Assembly: GCA_964016885.1 (NCBI GenBank)
Contig: OZ024743.1
Location: 337,776,001 to 337,840,000, forward strand
Reading direction: 5' to 3'
DNA length: 64,000 nt
Origin: Eledone cirrhosa
Lineage: Eukaryota
In this document: positions 54,401 to 64,000 of the stretch, piece after piece
How the letters are laid out: each line of letters begins with the position of its first letter
How positions within the stretch are numbered: position 1 is the first letter of the stretch
Made by a program: the position numbers and the translations under genes
The notes under the pieces: generated by a model
The model's database searches: none
The model's input: the letters and a program-made list of their open reading frames with translations, nothing else
What the model was told of the DNA's origin: nothing

Positions 54401-57400
54401 CAGTAATATACTCTGGCTGGTTATTCTGTCTATTAAGTAGTTGAGGAGGTAGATGAAACAGTAATATACTCTGGCTGGTTATTCTGTCTATTAAGTAGCT
54501 GAGGAGGTAGATGTAACAGTAATATACTCTGGCTTGTTATTCTGTCTATTAAGTAGTTGAGGAGGTAGATGAAACAGTAATATACTCTGGCTGGTTATTC
54601 TGTCCATGAAGTAGTTGAGGAGGTAGATGAAACAGTAATATACTCTGGCTGGTTATTCTGTCTATTAAGTAGTTGAGGAGGTAGATGAAACAGTAATATA
54701 CTCTGGCTGGTTATTATGTCCATGAAGTAGTTGAGGAGCTAGATGTAACAGTAATATACTCTGGCTGGTTATTCTGTCTATTAAGTAGTTGAGGATGTAG
54801 ATGTAACAGTAATATACTCTGGCTGGTTATTCTGTCCATGAAGTAGTTGAGGAGGTAGATGAAACAGTAATATACTCTGGCTGGTTATTCTGTCTATTAA
54901 GTAGTTGAGGAGGTAGATGTAACAGTAATATACTCTGGCTGGTTATTCTGTCTATTAAGTAGTTGAGGAGGTAGATGTAACAGTAATATACTCTGTCTGG
55001 TTATTCTGTCTATTAAGTAGTTGAGGAGGTAGATGTAACAGTAATATACTCTGGCTGGTTATTCTGTCTATTAAGTATTTGAGGAGGTAGATGTAACAGT
55101 AATATACTCTGGCTGGTTATTCTGTCTATTAAGTAGTTGAGGAGGTAGATGTAACAGTAATATACTCTGGCTGGTTATTCTGTCTATTAAGTAGTTGAGG
55201 ATGTAGATGAAACAGTAATATACTCTGCCTGGTTATTCTGTCTATTAAGTAGTTGAGGAGGTAGATGTAACAGTAATATACTCTGGCTGGTTATTCTGTC
55301 TATTAAGTAGTTGAGGAGGTAGATGAAACAGTAATATACTCTGCCTGGTTATTCTGTCTCTTAAGTAGTTGAGGAGGTAGATGAAACAGTAATATACTCT
55401 GGCTGGTTATTCTGTCCATGAAGTAGTTGAGGAGGTAGATGAAACAGTAATATACTCTGGCTGGTTATTCTGTCTATTAAGTAGTTGAGGAGGTAGATGA
55501 AACAGTAATATACTCTGCCTTGTTATTCTGTCTATTAAGTAGTTGAGGAGGTAGATGAAACAGTAATATACTCTGGCTGGTTATTCTGTCTATTAAGTAG
55601 TTGAGGAGGTAGATGAAACAGTAATATACTCTGGCTGGTTATTCTGTCTATTAAGTAGTTGAGGAGGTAGATGTAATAGTAATATACTCTGGCTGGTTAT
55701 TCTGTCTATTAAATAGTTGAGGAGATAGATGAAACAGTAATATACTCTGGCTGGTTATTCTGTCTATTATGTAGTTGAGGAGGTAGATGAAACAGTAATA
55801 TACTCTGGCTGGTTATTCTGTCTATTAAGTAGTTGAGAAGGTAGATGAAACAGTAATATACTCTGGCTGGTTATTCTGTCTATTAAGTAGTTGAGGAGGT
55901 AGATGAAACAGTAATATACTCTGGCTGGTTATTCTGTCTATTAAGTAGCTGAGGAGGTAGATGTAACAGTAATATACTCTGGCTGGTTATTCTGTCTATT
56001 AAGTAGTTGAGGAGGTAGATGAAACAGTAATATACTCTGGCTGGTTATTCTGTCCATGAAGTAGTTGAAGAGGTAGATGAAACAGTAATATACTCTGGCT
56101 GGTTATTCTGTCTATTAAGTAGTTGAGGAGGTAGATGAGACAGTAATATACTCTGGCTGGTTATTCTGTCTATTAAGTAGTTGAGGAGGTAGATGAAACA
56201 GTAATATACTCTGGCTGGTTATTCTGTCTATTAAGTAGTTGAGGAGGTAGATGAAACAGTAATATACTCTGGCTGGTTATTCTGTCTATTAAGTAGTTGA
56301 GGAGGTAGATGTAATAGTAATATACTCTGGCTGGTTATTCTGTCTATTAAGTAGTTGAGGAGGTAGATGAAACAGTAATATACTCTGGCTGGTTATTCTG
56401 TCTATTAAGTAGTTGAGGAGGTAGATGAAACAGTAATATACTCTGGCTGGTTATTCTGTCTATTAAGTAGTTGAGGAGGTAGATGTAATAGTAATATACT
56501 CTGGCTGGTTATTCTGTCTATTAAATAGTTGAGGAGGTAGATGAAAGAGTAATATACTCTGGCTGGTTATTCTGTCTATTATGTAGTTGAGGAGGTAGAT
56601 GAAACAGTAATATACTCTGGCTGGTTATTCTGTCTATTAAGTAGTTGAGGAGGTAGATGAAACAGTAATATACTCTGGCTGGTTATTCTGTCTATTAAGT
56701 AGTTGAGGAGGTAGATGTAATAGTAATATACTCTGGCTGGTTATTCTGTCTATTAAATAGTTGAGGAGGTAGATGAAACAGTAATATACTCTGGCTGGTT
56801 ATTCTGTCTATTATGTAGTTGAGGAGGTAGATGAAACAGTAATATACTCTGGCTGGTTATTCTGTCTATTAAGTAGTTGAGGAGGTAGATGAAACAGTAA
56901 TATACTCTGGCTGGTTATTCTGTCTATTATGTAGTTGAGGAGGTAGATGAAACAGTAATATACTCTGGCTGGTTATTCTGTCTATTAAGTAGTTGAGGAG
57001 CTAGATGAAACAGTAATATACTCTGGCTGGTTATTCTGTCTATTAAGTAGTTGAGGAGGTAGATGAAACAGTAATATACTCTGGCTGGTTATTCTGTCTA
57101 TTAAGTAGCTGAGGAGGTAGATGTAACAGTAATATACTCTGGCTTGTTATTCTGTCTATTAAGTAGTTGAGGAGGTAGATGAAACAGTAATATACTCTGG
57201 CTGGTTATTCTGTCCATGAAGTAGTTGAGGAGGTAGATGAAACAGTAATATACTCTGGCTGGTTATTCTGTCTATTAAGTAGTTGAGGAGGTAGATGAAA
57301 CAGTAATATACTCTGGCTGGTTATTATGTCCATGAAGTAGTTGAGGAGCTAGATGTAACAGTAATATACTCTGGCTGGTTATTCTGTCTATTAAGTAGTT

Positions 57401-60400
57401 GAGGATGTAGATGTAACAGTAATATACTCTGGCTGGTTATTCTGTCCATGAAGTAGTTGAGGAGGTAGATGAAACAGTAATATACTCTGGCTGGTTATTC
57501 TGTCTATTAAGTAGTTGAGGAGGTAGATGTAACAGTAATATACTCTGGCTGGTTATTCTGTCTATTAAGTAGTTGAGGAGGTAGATGTAACAGTAATATA
57601 CTCTGTCTGGTTATTCTGTCTATTAAGTAGTTGAGGAGGTAGATGTAACAGTAATATACTCTGGCTGGTTATTCTGTCTATTAAGTATTTGAGGAGGTAG
57701 ATGTAACAGTAATATACTCTGGCTGGTTATTCTGTCTATTAAGTAGTTGAGGAGGTAGATGTAACAGTAATATACTCTGGCTGGTTATTCTGTCTATTAA
57801 GTAGTTGAGGATGTAGATGAAACAGTAATATACTCTGGCTGGTTATTCTGTCTATTAAGTAGTTGAGGAGGTAGATGTAACAGTAATATACTCTGGCTGG
57901 TTATTCTGTCTATTAAGTAGTTGAGGAGGTAGATGAAACAGTAATATACTCTGCCTGGTTATTCTGTCTCTTAAGTAGTTGAGGAGGTAGATGAAACAGT
58001 AATATACTCTGGCTGGTTATTCTGTCCATGAAGTAGTTGAGGAGGTAGATGAAACAGTAATATACTCTGGCTGGTTATTCTGTCTATTAAGTAGTTGAGG
58101 AGGTAGATGAAACAGTAATATACTCTGCCTTGTTATTCTGTCTATTAAGTAGTTGAGGAGGTAGATGAAACAGTAATATACTCTGGCTGGTTATTCTGTC
58201 TATTAAGTAGTTGAGGAGGTAGATGAAACAGTAATATACTCTGGCTGGTTATTCTGTCTATTAAGTAGTTGAGGAGGTAGATGTAATAGTAATATACTCT
58301 GGCTGGTTATTCTGTCTATTAAATAGTTGAGGAGATAGATGAAACAGTAATATACTCTGGCTGGTTATTCTGTCTATTATGTAGTTGAGGAGGTAGATGA
58401 AACAGTAATATACTCTGGCTGGTTATTCTGTCTATTAAGTAGTTGAGAAGGTAGATGAAACAGTAATATACTCTGGCTGGTTATTCTGTCTATTAAGTAG
58501 TTGAGGAGGTAGATGAAACAGTAATATACTCTGGCTGGTTATTCTGTCTATTAAGTAGCTGAGGAGGTAGATGTAACAGTAATATACTCTGGCTGGTTAT
58601 TCTGTCTATTAAGTAGTTGAGGAGGTAGATGAAACAGTAATATACTCTGGCTGGTTATTCTGTCCATGAAGTAGTTGAAGAGGTAGATGAAACAGTAATA
58701 TACTCTGGCTGGTTATTCTGTCTATTAAGTAGTTGAGGAGGTAGATGAGACAGTAATATACTCTGGCTGGTTATTCTGTCTATTAAGTAGTTGAGGAGGA
58801 AGATGAAACAGTAATATACTCTGGCTGGTTATTCTGTCTATTAAGTAGTTGAGGAGGTAGATGAAACAGTAATATACTCTGGCTGGTTATTCTGTCTATT
58901 AAGTAGTTGAGGAGGTAGATGTAATAGTAATATACTCTGGCTGGTTATTCTGTCTATTAAATAGTTGAGGAGGTAGATGAAACAGTAATATACTCTGGCT
59001 GGTTATTCTGTCTATTATGTAGTTGAGGAGGTAGATGAAACAGTAATATACTCTGGCTGGTTATTCTGTCTATTAAGTAGTTGAGGAGGTAGATGAAACA
59101 GTAATATACTCTGGCTGGTTATTCTGTCTATTAAGTAGTTGAGGAGGTAGATGTAATAGTAATATACTCTGGCTGGTTATTCTGTCTATTAAATAGTTGA
59201 GGAGGTAGATGAAACAGTAATATACTCTGGCTGGTTATTCTGTCTATTATGTAGTTGAGGAGGTAGATGAAACAGTAATATACTCTGGCTGGTTATTCTG
59301 TCTATTAAGTAGTTGAGGAGGTAGATGAAACAGTAATATACTCTGGCTGGTTATTCTGTCTATTATGTAGTTGAGGAGGTAGATGAAACAGTAATATACT
59401 CTGGCTGGTTATTCTGTCTATTAAGTAGTTGAGGAGCTAGATGAAACAGTAATATACTCTGGCTGGTTATTCTGTCTATTAAGTAGTTGAGGAGGTAGAT
59501 GAAACAGTAATATACTCTGGCTGGTTATTCTGTCTATTAAGTAGCTGAGGAGGTAGATGTAACAGTAATATACTCTGGCTTGTTATTCTGTCTATTAAGT
59601 AGTTGAGGAGGTAGATGAAACAGTAATATACTCTGGCTGGTTATTCTGTCCATGAAGTAGTTGAGGAGGTAGATGAAACAGTAATATACTCTGGCTGGTT
59701 ATTCTGTCTATTAAGTAGTTGAGGAGGTAGATGAAACAGTAATATACTCTGGCTGGTTATTATGTCCATGAAGTAGTTGAGGAGCTAGATGTAACAGTAA
59801 TATACTCTGGCTGGTTATTCTGTGTATTAAGTAGTTGAGGAGGTAGATGTAACAGTAATATACTCTGGCTGGTTATTCTGTCTATTAAGTAGTTGAGGAG
59901 GTAGATGAAACAGTAATATACTCTGGCTGGTTATTATGTCCATGAAGTAGTTGAGGAGGTAGATAAAACAGTAATATACTCTGGCTGGTTATTCTGTCTA
60001 TTAAGTAGTTGAGGATGTAGATGTAACAGTAATATACTCTGGCTGGTTATTCTGTCCATGAAGTAGTTGAGGAGGTAGATGAAACAGTAATATACTCTGG
60101 CTGGTTATTCTGTCTATTAAGTAGTTGAGGAGGTAGATGTAACAGTAATATACTCTGCCTGGTTATTCTGTCTATTAAGTAGTTGAGGAGGTAGATGTAA
60201 CAGTAATATACTCTGTCTGGTTATTCTGTCTATTAAGTAGTTGAGGAGGTAGATGTAACAGTAATATACTCTGGCTGGTTATTCTGTCTATTAAGTATTT
60301 GAGGAGGTAGATGTAACAGTAATATACTCTGGCTGGTTATTCTGTCTATTAAGTAGTTGAGGAGGTAGATGTAACAGTAATATACTCTGGCTGGTTATTC

Positions 60401-60700
60401 TGTCTATTAAGTAGTTGAGGATGTAGATGAAACAGTAATATACTCTGCCTGGTTATTCTGTCTATTAAGTAGTTGAGGAGGTAGATGTAACAGTAATATA
60501 CTCTGGCTGGTTATTCTGTCTATTAAGTAGTTGAGGAGGTAGATGAAACAGTAATATACTCTGCCTGGTTATTCTGTCTCTTAAGTAGTTGAGGAGGTAG
60601 ATGAAACAGTAATATACTCTGGCTGGTTATTCTGTCCATGAAGTAGTTGAGGAGGTAGATGAAACAGTAATATACTCTGGCTGGTTATTCTGTCTATTAA
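48450..60700. repeat. Incipient higher-order repeat of ~42-45 monomers (about 2.4-2.6 kb), four to five copies with an internal 17-monomer duplication
   Basis: GAGATAGATG marker near 49691/53287/55723/58333 (62=45+17, 42, 45 monomers). AAGTATTTG marker at 49041/51651/52637/55073/57683/60293 (45, 17, 42, 45, 45 monomers). Confidence 0.85.
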
Positions 60701-63700
60701 GTAGTTGAGGAGGGAGATGAAACAGTAATATACTCTGCCTTGTTATTCTGTCTATTAAGTAGTTGAGGAGGTAGATGAAACAGTAATATACTCTGGCTGG
60801 TTATTCTGTCTATTAAGTAGTTGAGGAGGTAGATGAAACAGTAATATACTCTGGCTGGTTATTCTGTCTATTAAGTAGTTGAGGAGGTAGATGTAATAGT
60901 AATATACTCTGGCTGGTTATTCTGTCTATTAAATAGTTGAGGAGGTAGATGAAACAGTAATATACTCTGGCTGGTTATTCTGTCTATTATGTAGTTGAGG
61001 AGGTAGATGAAACAGTAATATACTCTGGCTGGTTATTCTGTCTATTAAGTAGTTGAGGAGGTAGATGAAACAGTAATATACTCTGGCTGGTTATTCTGTC
61101 TATTAAGTAGCTGAGGAGGTAGATGTAACAGTAATATACTCTGGCTGGTTATTCTGTCTATTAAGTAGTTGAGGAGGTAGATGAAACAGTAATATACTCT
61201 GGCTGGTTATTCTGTCCATGAAGTAGTTGAAGAGGTAGATGAAACAGTAATATACTCTGGCTGGTTATTCTGTCTATTAAGTAGTTGAGGAGGTAGATGA
61301 GACAGTAATATACTCTGGCTGGTTATTATGTCCATGAAGTAGTTGAGGAGCTAGATGTAACAGTAATATACTCTGGCTGGTTATTCTGTCTATTAAGTAG
61401 TTGAGGAGGTAGATGTAACAGTAATATACTCTGGCTGGTTATTCTGTCTATTATGTAGTTGAGGAGGTAGATGAAACAGTAATATACTCTGGCTGGTTAT
61501 TCTGTCTATTAAGTAGTTGAGGAGGTAGATGAAACAGTAATATACTCTGGCTGGTTATTCTGTCTATTAAGTAGTTGAGGAGGTAGATGAAACAGTAATA
61601 TACTCTGCCTTGTTATTCTGTCTATTAAGTAGTTGAGGAGGTAGATGAAACAGTAATATACTCTGGCTGGTTATTCTGTCTATTAAGTAGTTGAGGAGGT
61701 AGATGAAACAGTAATAAACTCTGGCTGGTTATTCTGTCTATTAAATAGTTGAGGAGGTAGATGAAACAGTAATATACTCTGGCTGGTTATTCTGTCTATG
61801 ATCTAGATGAGGAGGTAGATGAAACAGTAATATACTCTGGCTGGTTATTCTGTCTATTAAGTAGTTGAGGAGGTAGATGAAACAGTAATATACTCTGGCT
61901 GGTTATTCTGTCTATTAAGTAGTTGAGGAGGTAGATGAAACAGTAATATACTCTGGCTGGTTATTCTGTCTATGATCTAGATGAGGAGTTAGATGAAACA
62001 GTAATATACTCTGGCTGGTTATTCTGTCTATTAAGTAGTTGAGGAGGTAGATGAAACAGTAATATACTCTGGCTGGTTATTCTGTCTATTAAGTAGTTGA
62101 GGAGGTAGATGTAATAGTAATATACTCTGGCTGGTTATTCTGTCTATTAAATAGTTGAGGAGGTAGATGAAACAGTAATATACTCTGGCTGGTTATTCTG
62201 TCTATTATGTAGTTGAGGAGGTAGATGAAACAGTAATATACTCTGGCTGGTTATTCTGTCTATTAAGTAGTTGAGGAGGTAGATGAACCAGTAATATACT
62301 CTGGCTGGTTATTCTGTCTATTAAGTAGTTGAGGAGGTAGATGAAACAGTAATATACTCTGGCTGGTTATTATGTCCATGAAGTAGTTGAGGAGCTAGAT
62401 GTAACAGTAATATACTCTGGCTGGTTATTCTGTGTATTAAGTAGTTGAGGAGGTAGATGAAACAGTAATATACTCTGGCTGGTTATTATGTCCATGAAGT
62501 AGTTGAGGAGCTAGATGTAACAGTAATATACTCTGGCTGGTTATTCTGTGTATTAAGTAGTTGAGGAGGTAGATGTAACAGTAATATACTCTGGCTGGTT
62601 ATTCTGTCTATTAAGTAGTTGAGGAGGTAGATGAAACAGTAATATACTCTGGCTGGTTATTATGTCCATGAAGTAGTTGAGGAGGTAGATAAAACAGTAA
62701 TATACTCTGGCTGGTTATTCTGTCTATTAAGTAGTTGAGGAGGTAGATGAAACAGTAATATACTCTGGCTGGTTATTATGTCCATGAAGTAGTTGAGGAG
62801 CTAGATGTAACAGTAATATACTCTGGCTGGTTATTCTGTCTATTAAGTAGTTGAGGAGGTAGATGAAACAGTAATATACTCTGGCTGGTTATTATGTCCA
62901 TGAAGTAGTTGAGGAGCTAGATGTAACAGTAATATACTCTGGCTGGTTATTCTGTGTATTAAGTAGTTGAGGAGGTAGATGTAACAGTAATATACTCTGG
63001 CTGGTTATTCTGTCTATTAAGTAGTTGAGGAGGTAGATGAAACAGTAATATACTCTGGCTGGTTATTATGTCCATGAAGTAGTTGAGGAGGTAGATAAAA
63101 CAGTAATATACTCTGGCTGGTTATTCTGTCTATTAAGTAGTTGAGGATGTAGATGTAACAGTAATATACTCTGGCTGGTTATTCTGTCCATGAAGTAGTT
63201 GAGGAGGTAGATGAAACAGTAATATACTCTGGCTGGTTATTCTGTCTATTAAGTAGTTGAGGAGGTAGATGTAACAGTAATATACTCTGCCTGGTTATTC
63301 TGTCTATTAAGTAGTTGAGGAGGTAGATGTAACAGTAATATACTCTGTCTGGTTATTCTGTCTATTAAGTAGTTGAGGAGGTAGATGTAACAGTAATATA
63401 CTCTGGCTGGTTATTCTGTCTATTAAGTATTTGAGGAGGTAGATGTAACAGTAATATACTCTGGCTGGTTATTCTGTCTATTAAGTAGTTGAGGAGGTAG
63501 ATGTAACAGTAATATACTCTGGCTGGTTATTCTGTCTATTAAGTAGTTGAGGATGTAGATGAAACAGTAATATACTCTGCCTGGTTATTCTGTCTATTAA
63601 GTAGTTGAGGAGGTAGATGTAACAGTAATATACTCTGGCTGGTTATTCTGTCTATTAAGTAGTTGAGGAGGTAGATGAAACAGTAATATACTCTGCCTGG

Positions 63701-64000
63701 TTATTCTGTCTCTTAAGTAGTTGAGGAGGTAGATGAAACAGTAATATACTCTGGCTGGTTATTCTGTCCATGAAGTAGTTGAGGAGGTAGATGAAACAGT
63801 AATATACTCTGGCTGGTTATTCTGTCTATTAAGTAGTTGAGGAGGGAGATGAAACAGTAATATACTCTGCCTTGTTATTCTGTCTATTAAGTAGTTGAGG
63901 AGGTAGATGAAACAGTAATATACTCTGGCTGGTTATTCTGTCTATTAAGTAGTTGAGGAGGTAGATGAAACAGTAATATACTCTGGCTGGTTATTCTGTC

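Larger units (their letters stand above)
1..64000. repeat. Tandem satellite array, 58-bp monomer, ~1103.5 copies, head-to-tail, extends beyond both window edges
   Basis: TAATATACTC starts at 1, 59, 117 ... (1+58k) up to 30799 (k=531). After one 57-bp monomer it starts at 30856+58k up to 63974 (k=571). Monomers differ from consensus by only a few substitutions. No non-repeat sequence was seen. Confidence 0.99.

Noticed and set aside
1-64000. CRISPR array or other repeat-spacer system
   Set aside because: There are no unique spacers. The variable part of each monomer is limited to a few recurring point-variant haplotypes, and there are no cas or other genes.
1-64000. Giant repetitive protein gene (mucin/adhesin-like; one minus frame reads S/T-rich)
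   Set aside because: 58 is not a multiple of 3 and stops recur in the major monomer, so the ORF track shows nothing longer than 97 aa.
1-64000. Telomeric repeat, G-quadruplex array, or tRNA/5S/snRNA tandem genes
   Set aside because: There is no TTAGGG-type short unit and the consensus has only GG doublets with no GGG runs. I see no recognisable structured-RNA fold or Pol III A/B boxes in the 58-bp unit.
1-64000. Variant order as an encoded message, or a purely artefactual (rolling-circle/synthetic) concatemer
   Set aside because: The variant order is explained by nested block duplications with shared and private mutations, as expected of natural satellite evolution. Random sequencing error would not reproduce rare markers at exact multiples of 58 bp.

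Overview
The whole 64-kb window is one uninterrupted head-to-tail tandem array (satellite DNA) of a 58-bp monomer. The consensus is TAATATACTCTGGCTGGTTATTCTGTCTATTAAGTAGTTGAGGAGGTAGATG(A/T)AACAG, about 36% GC. Phase arithmetic gives 1103 complete monomers plus a 27-bp partial, all in one orientation, and the array runs off both ends of the window. There is only one net indel, a 1-bp deletion at 30816. I see no genes, RNA genes, mobile elements, CRISPR spacers or unique sequence, and the two ORFs in the track are by-products of the repeat. The information is in the pattern of monomer variants. There are three main monomer haplotypes, and nested block duplications of whole numbers of monomers (2, 7, 17, 29, 35, 36, 40, 42, 45, 54, 62, 65, 126, 290). 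There are also regional variant domains, an internal A-A'-B-B' sub-structure, a quasi-palindrome at the monomer junction and near-total absence of CpG. This looks like a young, homogenising satellite, most likely eukaryotic heterochromatic or (peri)centromeric/subtelomeric DNA, but that is inference. I cannot name the family or organism, and I find no supportable evidence for a new gene system. Marker positions were read by eye and checked against the 58-bp phase; block boundaries are approximate.
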